From the NCBI RefSeq assembly GCF_006345805.1, contig NC_043012.1, positions 23,250,001 to 23,314,000 of the forward strand: DNA of 64,000 nt, written 5' to 3'. Origin of the DNA: Octopus sinensis. Lineage: Eukaryota. Of this stretch, positions 38,791 to 51,686 are shown in pieces. How positions within the stretch are numbered: position 1 is the first letter of the stretch; every line of letters starts with the position of its first letter. The notes under the pieces are model-generated. The model made no database searches, was not told the origin of the DNA, and was given only the letters and a program-made list of their open reading frames with translations. Both the position numbers and the translations under genes were made by a program.

Positions 38791-40099
38791 TTTTATATTT
38801 TATAAATCTTTTTTAATCAAATGATGGCTAATAAGTATGAGGGCAGTAGTGTGTGTGTGTGTATATACATATATACACATTTGTGTGGTGCCATGTAAAA
38901 AGCACCCAACACTCTCTGTAAAGTGGTTGGCATGTTAGGAAGGGCATGAAATTGGAGCCTGGTGCAGCTCCCTAGCTTACCTGCTCTGGTCACACCAACC
39001 AAACCCATGCCAGCATGGACATCATATATTAAATGACAACGATGACAATCAGTACACACACATCACTCCTACGTCCAATTGTTTAGTTATTATTATTGTT
39101 ATTACTATTATTGTTATTATTATGTGAACTCTTCATTGAAACACACAGTTGCAATATGTTCTAACTCAGCAGAGAGATCAATATTTGATCTCTTCATCTG
39201 TTTGTACTTGCTGATACTCTTCTTCACGGGTGACAGCTTTCTCTGTGGCTTTGGCACACTTTCCAACAACTGATCTGATTCAAATATAACAGTGACTTAT
39301 TTAAAAGGCCACTTTCATGATTCCTATTTTTTCTCAGCAGTTAAGCTTTTGAAATCTCGTAACATATAAACAGTTTTGATCATTTTTCTATTATAATCTA
39401 CAATTGAAATACATTTTCCCTTCAGGTTGGAATTGTATATATACATATATATATGTATATACAGAGAGAGAGAGAGAGAGATAGTTATATATGTGTGAGT
39501 TTGTTTTGGAAGGTTTTGTTTGTAACGACCTACTAATGTAAATGTCAATATAAAAGATGCCATCCCTATAACCATCCATTCTCAGCCCCACCAGTAATGT
39601 GGAGAGAAACCTATTGAAAAGGATGTTTTTAAAGTCTTTGATATGTTACTATTTATATTTTACCGAACTGTTTCATTTTACATTTCATACGTTCACAGCA
39701 AGAAGCTCTAATAATTACTGTTTATTTTATTACAATTGAATAATAATGTAGGAAAGTGGTACTAGCTGTTCAAATAACGGTGCCTTAGATTTGGGCCTTT
39801 TCATTGTTATTACAGACTGAAAGACTTGAAAACTAACGACTAATAGATCAATTTTGGTCAGGTCTTACTAAGTGGAATAACTATGTTCATCTAAGATTAT
39901 CCAAATACTGCCTCTAGGAGTGTTTAATATGTAAATACGACATAGAGACAACTTCAATAACAAGAACTGATTAAGCTTTTTGGGTAGAAAATAAAGAATG
40001 CAGGTAAAAGTGAATTGGTCTTTAAAACCATCTGTTGCATTAATGGACAGAGTTTTACTCTCTTGTTTGTGGTTTTTAAATCTTAAGTACCATATTTAA

Positions 40100-40318
40100 C
40101 CCTTTAGCGTTCAGATTATTCTATCAAACATAATGCCTATTGATTCCCATTGATTTGTATTTATCATGCATTATCTCATATCTTCAAGATGTTGAAGGTG
40201 TAATTACTTAATGTAGAATAACATTGTAGGGTAGGTGTGAGAGCCTGGATCTGGTCAGTTTGAACATAAAACAGATTAAATATTTTGACCGGATATGACC
40301 GGTTTAAATACTAAAGGG
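40100..40318. mobile_element. TTAA-flanked (piggyBac-type) MITE 1
   Basis: ttaa|ccctttag ... ctaaaggg|ttaa; related copies at ~12.4, 12.95, 34.0, 46.4, 57.7 and 63.0 kb. Confidence 0.8.
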
Positions 40319-40330
40319 TTAATGCCTTAA

Positions 40331-40540
40331 CCCTTTCATTACTGTATTTATTTTGAGATGCTCTGTGTTTCTTTCAATTATTCTAAATATAACAAAGAAT
40401 TTAGTAAAATAACTTAGTTATCATTCAGCTAGTGTTAGGAACATAAATTATGACTAATGTTTGGTGAAAGATTTTAATTCAAAACTTATGAAAACAAGAC
40501 ATTTGTACTCAGAGCCAGAGCTGGGTTGGTAATGAAAGGG
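40331..40540. mobile_element. TTAA-flanked (piggyBac-type) MITE 2
   Basis: ttaa|ccctttcattac ... gtaatgaaaggg|ttaa, 12-bp terminal inverted repeat. Confidence 0.8.
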
Positions 40541-41759
40541 TTAAAAGACACACACAGGCATACAAGACACCTCACACTTTCAGAAATGGGGTGAATTTTT
40601 TCGAGACACTGTTTTGGAGAAAAAAAGGGCATCTTATATGCCATCAAATGTGATACCATTAGAGGGAGTTTCTATCTACTAATTGTGAGATTATCTCAGT
40701 TGCCTGAGGCTTTATCATGTCATATTGTGTTAGGGTAACCCTACTGTATCTGTACTTAGTGTGCAGAATGCATCCCTCCACCTCCCTAGCTGTAATTGTT
40801 TCTAATCAGCTACAACAGGTAATTGTCTTTGTTTAATTATATTACCAAAAATTGAACAAATAGGAATCACATATCATCCTGATCATCATCATCATTTAAT
40901 TTTCACTTTTTCATGCTGGCATGGGTTGGACAGAATTTGTTGAGGCAGATTTTTCTACAACCAGATACCTTTCCTGTTGCAACAATCACCTGTTTGCAAG
41001 TGAGGTATTATTTCTCCATGACCAGATATGTTTCCATGGAAGAATAGAAGACTGGAAAAGGGAGATACCATCTGCATCATGGGCACACTCGTTTACAACT
41101 ATCAAGTGTTGTCAAAGCAAAGAAACATTAACACACACACACACATACACATTTCAAGAAATATTTTCCTAAGATAAAAATTATAAATCATTAAAAAATT
41201 CTAAACAAACATAACTCCACAAACATTTTGAAAGGAAATGTTCATATTGTGTGTGTGTGTGTATGTATGAATGTGTATATAAAGATACAATGGACTTCTT
41301 TTGGTTTCTATCTACCAAATCCAACCCAAAATCTTTGGTCGGCCTGGGACTATAGTTAAAGATATTTACACAAGGTGTTATTATGCAGGCGGACAGAACC
41401 TGAAGCAAGTTTTTCACCACACAGCCATGTCTGAATATGTAAATCGCAACAGATGCTGGAAACTGGTTGGAAGTGTACTCTAATTGTTTCAGAGTCATCA
41501 GAATAGAGGCTGATGAGTTGTACTTAATTCTTCAGCATTCAAATTGCTCTCTCTCTCTCTCAAATATATTCATTCACAGTGTTATGAAGTAATCATGTAT
41601 TATGTTGTAGCTTCAAGATTTTAATGATGTAATTTCTTTTTAGGATGATATTGTAAGAAGGGTGTGAGAGGCCAGGTCTGGTTTTATGTTCAACCCAACC
41701 AGATCCGGCCTCTCACACCCTCCTATAATGTCATTCTGAATCTCAAAGCTGTGAGATAC

Positions 41760-42164
41760 TCTCTCTTTCTCTTTTTACTCTTTTACTTGTTTCAGTCATT
41801 TGACTGCGGCCATGCTGGAGCACCGCCTTTAATCGAGCAACTCGACCCCGGGACTTATTCTTTGTAAGCCCAGTACTTATTCTATCGGTCTCTTTTGCCG
41901 AACTGCTAAGTGACGGGGACGTAAACACACCAGCATCGGTTGTCAAGCAATGCTAGAGGGACAAACACAGACACACAAACATATACATACACATACATAC
42001 ATATATATACATATATACGACAGGCTTCTTTCAGTTTCCGTCTACCAAATCCACTCACAAAGCATTGGTCGGCCCGAGGCTATAGCAGAAGACACGCAGT
42101 GGGACTGAACCCAGAACCATGTGGTTGGTAGGCAAGCTACTTACCACACAGCCACTCCTGCGCC
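41760..42164 (-). mobile_element. SINE family B nested in a MITE 1 remnant
   Basis: Reverse complement of 11753-12160 with a small internal deletion; MITE sequence resumes at taatgcatgatt. Confidence 0.88.
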
Positions 42165-43245
42165 TATAATGCATGATTATTCCAAAACAAAATAAGCGAT
42201 ACGTTTGACCAAATAATCGGAATACAAATGGTTAAACTAGGACTCAGAAGATTTGTTCTTTAATACATAAAGGTAATAGTGGTGGCAGTGACAACTGAAG
42301 ATAAATACTTCAATAATTCTTGTAGATCAGTTAAAACCAAAATTTAATTTTTTTTTTTTTGTTTTTGTTTTTTTTTAATCTCACAATGAGAGACTGTGCC
42401 AATATATTTTGCAGGCCTTTGAAAGTAAGCAATCAAAATTAGTTGGGTAAATTCAGTGCAGTTGATGTTTATCAAATTTGTTAGAGTTTATTTAATTGAG
42501 TTGGAACAAAGGTGGAAATTCCAAGCAGATATGGTTCTGGGAACAGAGAAGTGAAATACAGCCAGCTAGGGTGATGAGATAAGAGGACAGATATGTGAAT
42601 AGAACGTGTTTAACATGTAAGATCAAACGGACATTAGATTTGTAGGAGAAAAGACAGAGGAAATATGTAAAATAATGATGGCAGGCTAATGAGTATATAA
42701 AAGGATAGTGAATGGGAATTTGCTTATCAAGAGTACAGGGTTTTTTGTGTGTATATAGGCATGGTTTTGGGTTCAGTCCCACTGCATGGCACCTTGGTCA
42801 AGTGTCTTCTACTATAGCCACCGTGTAGGTGAAATCGGTAGACTGAAACCCTGTGTGTGTGTGTGTGTGTGGTATGTGTCTCAGTCTTTGTGTATGCCCC
42901 ACCCACACCACTTGGCAACCAGTGTTGGTTTCTTTACATCCCTGTAACTTAGTGTCTTGGCAAAAAAAGACTGATAAAATAATAACCAGACTTTCAAAAA
43001 ATAAAAATTTAACTGGGGTTCATTTGAACTGCTGAGCCCCTCAAGGCGTTGCCACAGTACAGTTCATTGACTGAAACAAATAGAATTTGTAAATTCTGCT
43101 GTTTGAACATTGTTAAGGGAAGTGTAAGGTATGTCTATGCATGTAAAGAATTAGCAGAGGGCTTGATACAGAAATAGTTTTGTGGGTCATTTTTATTTTG
43201 TTGACAAAGTGATCATAGTTTTACATTTTTATTCTTTCTTTTAAG

Positions 43246-43830
43246 GCTGAAACTGAAAGTGAATTCCCAAATGATTTAAAAAATGAAAGTCAACATAGAA
43301 CAGTTGCTTCCCAACTGGGGACAATCCCTGTTCATAATCGAACTATTAACCACCACCATGCATTATCAAAAGCACAAATCTTACAATCCAACAGATCTAA
43401 AGAAAATCATTCAGAAAATCAGCTACGGTTCATATCCAAACCTAGAGTAAACAAGGAGGCTTTTTTAGTAAAATCCACAACCCAACCTCCCACTACTTCT
43501 AGTAACCACAGCAGCACTGTACCATCGAGAAACCGGCGGATATCAGCTCCATTACAAGTCACACCAAAAATTCCATCCCATCAAGTCGTCAAGAGGCCAG
43601 TGTCTGCTAGCACAATGAAGGTATCAACAGTGACGTCTCCAAAGACGTATATTCGAGAACAATCTGTACCTTTCCAAGACAGTCTGCATTGGAAAACTAC
43701 GTTGAACAATGGACCTGAAGTCCCACACATCAACACTCAGAATTATTGTTTGAACAGCCAAGTGTCTTCTAAATCTGTGTCCCAAATTACTCCAGCACCA
43801 AGAACAACAACAGAACAAGGAAAACCAAAA
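43246..43830 (+). CDS. BEN-domain gene, coding exon 2 (195 aa, Ser/Thr/Pro/Gln-rich, probably disordered)
   Basis: Acceptor tttcttttaag|GCT; 585 nt stop-free non-repetitive frame (AETESEFPNDLKNESQH...TEQGKPK); donor AAA|gtaagt; phase 0 at both ends. Confidence 0.88.
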
Positions 43831-43984
43831 GTAAGTCAGAAATCTAAATATCTATAAAGAAGAAAATTCGTTAAATGCTATAAAATTTGTGATGTACTAA
43901 TTATCATTTTACTCTTTTTTGTGTGTGTGTGTGTGTGCCACCATAGAAGATTACACTGTGTAAATGAGTTTAGTAAGTGGTCTG

Positions 43985-44235
43985 CTACACATATGAGAAA
44001 TGCTATGATGTATGGGTGTGAGACATGGGTAGTAAACATGGAGCAGCAGAGAAGGGCTGGAAAGAATGAAAATGAAATTGCTTTGGTGGATAAACAGTGT
44101 ATCAGTGAGAGAGAGAGAGAGAGAGAGAGAAAGAAACAGTTTTAGAGAATGACAGACGAAGAGAAATGGGATGAAGTAGTTAAATCATGTGCTGAAGAAA
44201 GATGAAACTGGTATGTAGGTAAGAAGTGTGATGGA
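43985..44235 (+). mobile_element. Degenerate RTE-clade LINE fragment
   Basis: AMMYGCETWVVNMEQQRR resembles the RTE post-RT motif LYGSETW. Confidence 0.55.
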
Positions 44236-44237
44236 AA

Positions 44238-44632
44238 TCTTTATATATAAAAGTGAGGTTGTGTGCTGTCTGTCTCCTACAATTTAGATTCCTAACTACT
44301 CCCACATTTTGCGGCACAGTTTAACCAAAACCGGGTATCTTATAGTCGTGATTCATATCGAGCCCTTCTGGGTATTAGCACACGTCTACGATGAGTCTAC
44401 GATTTTCAAAAAAATTTACCATCAATTTTTCCCATTTTTAATGCATTTTTGGCATATATAAGGGAAGTAACTATCAAAAAATTTATTATTAAATCTCAGA
44501 ACGTAAAAGCTACAGTAACCCCCCCCCTTTGTGGTTAGCCATATTGAGATGGCTGTTATACTTTACATCTCTAAAAATGCTTATATAGTTATTTCCCTTA
44601 CAAACCCGAGCAACGCCGGGTGATACTGCTAG
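44238..44632 (+). mobile_element. Non-autonomous Helitron
   Basis: A|TCTTTATATATAAAAG 5' end; subterminal hairpin cccgagcaacgccggg; CTAG|T 3' end; no TSD. Confidence 0.85.
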
Positions 44633-45285
44633 TGGATGTATAAATTAAATAAGAAGGTATTGGTTTTAATATGATAATTGTTGATTCAGCAAAACAATTA
44701 TGCAATCAATGCTAATCTGTTCAAAACATTACAACAGTTTTGGAGTATAGAGCCTTATAGATATAGAGACTAGACGCATATACATTGTAGTAGATAAGAT
44801 TTTAAATTCCAATGTCACTGGGATTAACATTGCTGATCATCCATTTCGGAATCAGTAAAGTTGGTGTTAGCAATCAATTACAATTGATTTAATTGATTTT
44901 AAACCAAACTGCTTTATGAGAATTAAAAAGAAAAAAAATTCCTAAGAAAGTTCAATCAGCTATATTCATTCACCCATTCATTCACGCATTCATCTTCTCT
45001 GCCCAGTATTTCTGGGAGGGTTGTGATGGATTAGACTCCTCAGGTTCCCAGGCACCTCCTCCATAGGGCCCTATCAGAAGCAACTGTCATTAGACTTTCC
45101 TGCTGGATTCCAAACTGTAACCAATTGAGACCACGGATGTCATCCAACCATCTCGTTCTTGGTCGACCCTTAGGTCCCACTGCCAGTTGGTTCGGCTTGA
45201 AGAATCTGTCTCGCAATTCTTTCTTGTGACATTCCAGTACAATGGAAATACGATGCAGTTGTACAGTCTTGATATTTAGAAGAAA

Positions 45286-45798
45286 CTAGCAGCATAGCCC
45301 GGCATTGCCCGGGTATGTAAGAGCCCCTGGAGCAGACATGATGCTCGCTGTGAATTTAAAAAAATTCCTGCCAATTTGTGAAAGATATTGTCGAAAATAT
45401 GTCATCTCGAATTTGAATGCGATTTCCCAAAATGGCATGATTTTATCGATTTTTTCTGATGGTAAGGTATTGCATGGAAAACTAACGTCAGAGTTAAGTT
45501 TCTTAGGGTAACATTAAGCTTCACCATGAGTTTGGTCAAAATCGATTGCAAGTTGCGAAAACTACAACAGAAAATGTGTTGCAAATAAAAAGCTTAGATT
45601 CTCGACCCCATGTCGAATTTATCGATTTTTTTCAGAACTGGGGAACTTTTCAAACTTTTCGCTGCGTTAGTTTTGAATTATGACATTGGGCTATGTGTGT
45701 GTCAAGTTTCATCAGAATCGGTTGAAAGCCGTGGTCAGGGTGAGGGTACAACCTGACAGACACACAGACAGACAAACTGCCGTTTATATAGAGAGAGA
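45286..45798 (-). mobile_element. Non-autonomous Helitron, second family
   Basis: Minus strand starts A|TCTCTCTCTATATAAAC with a (ctgt)-like tract; hairpin cccgggcaatgccggg; ends CTAG|T. Confidence 0.85.
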
Positions 45799-47156
45799 TA
45801 ACAGAATTATAACACACATGGTCAGATTTCACAAATATCAGCAAATCCATGGATGCACACACATATTTCTCCAATGATCATCATGGAATATGGTAAATTG
45901 TTGGTTATTATCAGTAGAATACTGTGAAACAGACAAGTATTTACAGCCTTATTCTTTTACTTGTTTCAGTCATTCGACTATGGCCATGCTGGAGCACCAC
46001 CTTTAGTCGAACAAATCAACCTCAAGACTTATTCTTCATAAACCTAGTACTTATTCTATCAGTCTCTTTTGCTGAACTGCTAAGTTATGTGAACGTAAAC
46101 ACAACAACATTGATTGTCAAGCAATAGTAGGGGGACCAACATAGACACACAAACACATATATATGTATATATTCAATGGGCTTCTTTCAGTTTCTGTCTA
46201 CCAAATCCACTCACAAGGTTTTGGTTGGCCTGAGACTATAATAGAAGGCACTTGCCCAAGGTGCCTTGCAGTGGGACTGAACCTGGAACCATGAGGTTGG
46301 GAAGCAAGCTTCTTACTACATAGCCATGCCTGCACATATTTATATATGGTTTTGATATTTATCCATATATTAATATTAACTCGTTAGCATTCAGATTGCC
46401 CCTGTCAAATTTAATACTTACTTATTACATTGTTTTGAATTAATCATTCACTATCTTGTAGCTTTGAGACTTTGATGATGCGGTTGTTCAATGACATTGT
46501 AGGATATGTGTGAGAGGCCGGATCCGGTTGATTTGAACATAAAACAGGTAGAATATTTGGGCCGGATATCATCATCATCATCATCATCATCATTGTTTAG
46601 CATCCGCTTTCCATGCTAGTATGGGTTGGACGGTTCAACTGGGGTCTGTGAAGCCAGAAGGCTGCATCAGGCCCAGTCTGATCTGGCAGTGTTTCTACAG
46701 CTGGATGCCCTTCCTAACGCCAACCACTCCGTGAGTGTAGTGGGTGCTTTTTATGTGCCACCCGCACAGGTGCCAGACAGAGCTGGCAAACGGCCATGGA
46801 CGGATGGTGCTTTTTACGTGCCACTGACATGGGGGCCAGGCGAGGCTGGCAACGGCCACGATCGGATGGTGCTTTTTCCGTGCTACCGGCACGGCTATGG
46901 CCAACCTAAATGCTAAATGCTTAAATATTCTTATTCATTCACATTTTTATATATATATAAAGCAAGTGCAGTGAATCATTAGAGTGATAAAGAAATGGTG
47001 TGGTTGTAGGAGATTTAAGAGGAAATTTCTAGAAATAGCCACCCAAGGCGCTTCTAACACTGATTTAGCTAAAACTTCAATCCACTCATATTGAAAGATA
47101 AATATTTCAAATCTCAATTCTGATACTGCTTCAGTGTTGTTAATATCATTGTTATT

Positions 47157-47191
<35 letters not shown>

Positions 47192-47380
47192 TATTATTAT
47201 TATTAACTGACTGTTATTGTATTGTTTTCTTCAGTTTGTGTCTGTTGGAATGGAGAGAAGTTTTAAAGAGTTCCTGCTTTCTCTTTAATTTTTGCTTTTA
47301 TCGATACGTTCATTTTACTTTCTTGTTTCAAACTTAGAACACATTACACCCCCTTTCTGACCCTCACCCCCTGCCCTATT

Positions 47381-47414
<34 letters not shown>

Positions 47415-47794
47415 TTCAAGTTGGTGGACCTACATGTAGCTAGCACCATGTATATTTGAACAAAGAAATTAGTAAACAGTCTCAGTAGTAGTAGTAGTAG
47501 TAGTAGTGGTGGTAGCAGCAGCAGTAGTGGTAGAAGACTACAAAAACCAAAAAAAAAATTAAACTAACAACAACAGAGATAACAATAATAAGAATAATAA
47601 TTATGGTTATATAAAAAAAAAAAGACAACAAAGACTAAATATCAAGAACAATAGCATGAGATGCAACAATAATGAAAGTTCCTCCAGATTCTATTGATTT
47701 TCATAGAATACAACGAGGAGAAATTAAGAGAGTGTGAATGATAAATAAGTATGGTAAAATAACCTTCTTTTTGTTTCTTTCCCTTCCTACATCT

Positions 47795-47898
47795 TCATCA
47801 TTATTATTATCCTTATTATATTATTATTATTATTATTATTATTATTATCCTTATTATTATTATTATTATTAGCCTTATTATTATTATTATTATTATTA

Positions 47899-47932
<34 letters not shown>

Positions 47933-48060
47933 CCTTATTATTATTATTATTATCCTTATTATTATTATTATTATTATTATTGTTATCCTTATCATTATTA
48001 TTATTATTATATTATTATTATTATTATCATTATTATTATTATTATTAGTAGTAGTAGTAG
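47795..48060. repeat. Interrupted (TTA)n microsatellite with recurring atcc
   Basis: Read directly from the sequence. Confidence 0.9.
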
Positions 48061-49659
48061 TATTTGTTTGTTTTTAAACTAAACAAGTTTTAGTCTCTTT
48101 TATACCCTTTGCTGCCTTCAAAGTTTTCTTCTTCTTTTTCTTCTTCTCCTCCTCCTCCCCAACCTTTTGTATAGAATACAACCTGCCAGTGATTTGGCTT
48201 TAGTATCAGAGCCTTCAACACTTTTTGCATTGTGACTAGAATATATATTTTCACCCTGAAGCTTTTTTCAAAAATGTCATCTATTGCTCACCGAATTCCT
48301 ATAGATTCCAGGACAAAGCCATCAGAATCAGTGACAATAATGGCACACAATCCTATTCTTTATGGCACTTTCTTTCTTCTCCTCCTCCTCTCCCTCTCCT
48401 CAGTGCATCCAAGGAAGTCGGAAAATGAGAAGAAGCCTCTTGTTGAAGCATAAAGTCTTTTAGAGCATAAGGTGATCAGAATGAAATAAATGGTATTCAG
48501 CCGTTTTGTTATTTATTATTTTTTTTTTTTCACATCTTATTACATGCATCAGTGAAGAGTTTTGTAGTATATATGACTTGTGGAATAATAATAATAATAG
48601 TAATAATAATAATAATAATAATAATGGTTTCAAATTTTGGCACAAGGCCAGTATTTTGGTGGGGAGTGGGGGTAAGTCAATTACATCAATCCCATTCTTT
48701 AACTGATACTTATTTTATTGACTTCAAAAAGATGGAAGCCAATGTCAACTTTGGCAGAACTGAAAGTCAGAATGCCAAAGTGGACGAAATGCTGCTAAGC
48801 ATTTTGCCCAGTATTTTAGTGGTTCTGCCATCTCACAGCCCAGTTATCATTATTATTAGTAATATTAATGATGATGATAATTCTTTCTGCTATATGCACA
48901 AGGCCTGATATTTTGGAGGAATGGCTAATTAATTACATTGATTCCAGTGCTCAACTGGTATTTATTTTACCAGCTGTGAAAAGATGAAAGACAAAATTGA
49001 TCCACGTGGAATTTGAACTCAAAATGTAAAGTTGGAAGAAATGCTGTTAAGCATTTTGTCTGGTGTGCTGCCAGGACTGATGCTGACCCCCAACAGGAAT
49101 TGAACACAGTGCCATGTAAAAAGCACCTGTGATGGTACCACATAAAAAGCACCCATGCCAATACCACGTGAAAGCACCCATACTGATACTACACGTAAAA
49201 AGCAAGTAGTATACTTCATAATAAAGCAGTTGGTGATAGGAAGGGCTACCAGCCATGGAAACAATGCCAAAACACACAACTTGATGAGCATGGGCAGATT
49301 TCTGGTTGGTCAGCTCCTGTCAGACTGTCCAACCCATGGGAAACAGGTGATGATGATGTAAAGAGGTGAAAGAGTTACTGCAAGGCAATTCATTTCTGAT
49401 GCTGTAATGAATCTGTCAGCTCATTGCCTTCCATTCAGAAGATTAGTAAGTTGCTTCAAACTTAGTATATGACTGGTATTTTATTTCATCGATGTCAGAG
49501 CGATGGAACTCAACAGGAGTTGAGCCAAAAATGTGAAGGGTCAGGAGAAATGCATGAGGCATTTTCTTCTATGCCCTGATGTTGCTGTCAGTCCATTGTT
49601 TCTAACATAGTTGCAAGGCAGGTAGTTTTGAGGGGGAGGGCTTTAATCGATTGAAATCA

Positions 49660-49898
49660 ATGGCTCTCAACCATATTTTACCTACCAAACCCTTTCATTC
49701 TTATTTTACTCTTCTGAACCCTCCATAGCCATGCCGTATTTACAAAAATCCTTTTATAATTAAATATTATCAGAAATTGTGTTAAAATATAGTAAAAAAT
49801 ACTTTGTGTATAACCAATTAATTGTGCATAAATTTTAACAACACAATCTCATATGACCTCCAAGGGTCATATATGGATCCTGGTTGTTGAGGACCACT
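49660..49898. mobile_element. Degenerate hAT/Charlie-like MITE
   Basis: Ends caatggctctcaacc ... gttgaggaccactg resemble CAGTGGTTCTCAAC inverted repeats. Confidence 0.5.
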
Positions 49899-50403
49899 GG
49901 TTTGTATTTATTTTATTGACCCAGGCTCTGACAAGTTTACTGATTCACTGCTGTAATGATGTTTTTCTAACCTAGGCACAAAGACAGGCATTTTAGGGGA
50001 AGGAGTTAGTCAAATCAACAACAACACTGGTCCCAAATCTGGGACCAGTTCACAAAGACTTTCTAAAATGCATCCAGAGAAAGGCTACTTGACTGATTGG
50101 TACCAGAATTACTTAGATATACTCTACTCTCTCTCTACCCACACCTCCCATGACATGTTGCATTCTCTCTCAGCCCTTTTTATCATCATCATCATCATCA
50201 TCATTTAACAGCTGTTTTCCATGCTGGCATGGATTGAAATATATAGGCGTTAGGAAGGGCATCCAGCCGTAGAAACACTGCCAGATCTGACTGGGCCTGA
50301 CGAAGCCTTCCAGCTTCACAGACCCCAGTTGACCTGTCCAACCCATGCTAGCATGGAAAGCGGACGCTAAATGATGATGATGATGATGATGATGATATAT
50401 AAA

Positions 50404-50466
<63 letters not shown>

Positions 50467-50764
50467 ATTATTTCAACTTTAACGGGAAATAATTTCAAAA
50501 TTAAAAAAAAAAAATATGAAAAAGGAACAACGTTTAAAGGATATATCACTTGATTCAATGTAACGAACAGATGACATTCAAACAGACCAGACAACAGTCA
50601 ACCACAAAATCAAAAAATGTTGCCGGTCGCTGTAGAAAAAGTATTATTTCAAGCAAAAGAAATAATGCTGGTAGAAATGAATAGCGAGATTGATCTTATT
50701 AACTTACTGCTGAGACTACTGGAGCTCATGACATGTGTTAAAATAAGGCGGTTTGGCTTTAACG

Positions 50765-51040
50765 ATGCCAGTAACACTTCCATTGAAGCCTTGGGGATTC
50801 TATCATCCTGATGAAAAGAAAGACCGCCAGGAAAGAATTGATATACAGAATCTTGTGGCTTATCTTGCTGAGCTCCAGCACAGGCTATCTGCAAATGAAG
50901 AGGATGTTTTCTTTCTGAGACATTTTCTTCCTTCTAAGGATATCCAGCTTTTATTAAGGGAACATGACACTGTTGTCCCTCATCCTAGGGTCTCACAGGC
51001 CCACATCTTCCACACCCTCAGAGTTGGACGATTTAACTGA
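50765..51040 (+). pseudogene. Truncated fragment of a MAGUK p55/MPP-like gene (L27-like domain)
   Basis: MPVTLPLKPW...DIQNLVAYLAELQHRLSANEEDVFFLRHFLPSKDIQLLLREHDTVV resembles N-terminal L27 domains of MPP proteins (E.D+.FL..+.....+..L+..H+.+); runs into a SINE at 51023; no PDZ/SH3/GUK follows. Confidence 0.65.
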
Positions 51041-51171
51041 GGACTGGTGAACCAGATGGCTGTGCTAGGCTACAATCTGATCTGGCAGAGTTTCTACAGC
51101 TGGATACCCTTCGTAACGCCAACCACTCCGAAAGTATAGTGGGTGTTTTTACGTGTATATATATGTGTATA

Positions 51172-51283
<112 letters not shown>

Positions 51284-51402
51284 TATATGTACTTAAGTAC
51301 CATATTCAACTGAATCTAAATTTTTACTGTACATCTATATGTACGTATATGTATATACATATGCATATACATATATATGTATATATATACATATATTTAT
51401 AC

Positions 51403-51433
<31 letters not shown>

Positions 51434-51613
51434 TCTATATATATATATATACATATATATATACATACATATATATTATATATATACATATATATGTATG
51501 TATTTATACATATATATATACATATATATGTGTGTGTATATATATATATATATATAATATATATATACACACATATACATATATGTATATATATATATAT
51601 ATATACATACGTA

Positions 51614-51686
<73 letters not shown>

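Noticed and set aside
50026-50049. Perfect 10-bp hairpin actggtccca/tgggaccagt
   Set aside because: Isolated, at the edge of a decayed SINE, with no associated motif.
50753-51040. L27 segment as an internal exon of the BEN gene
   Set aside because: No phase-0 acceptor with a pyrimidine tract and no convincing donor; exons 2 and 3 already join in frame.
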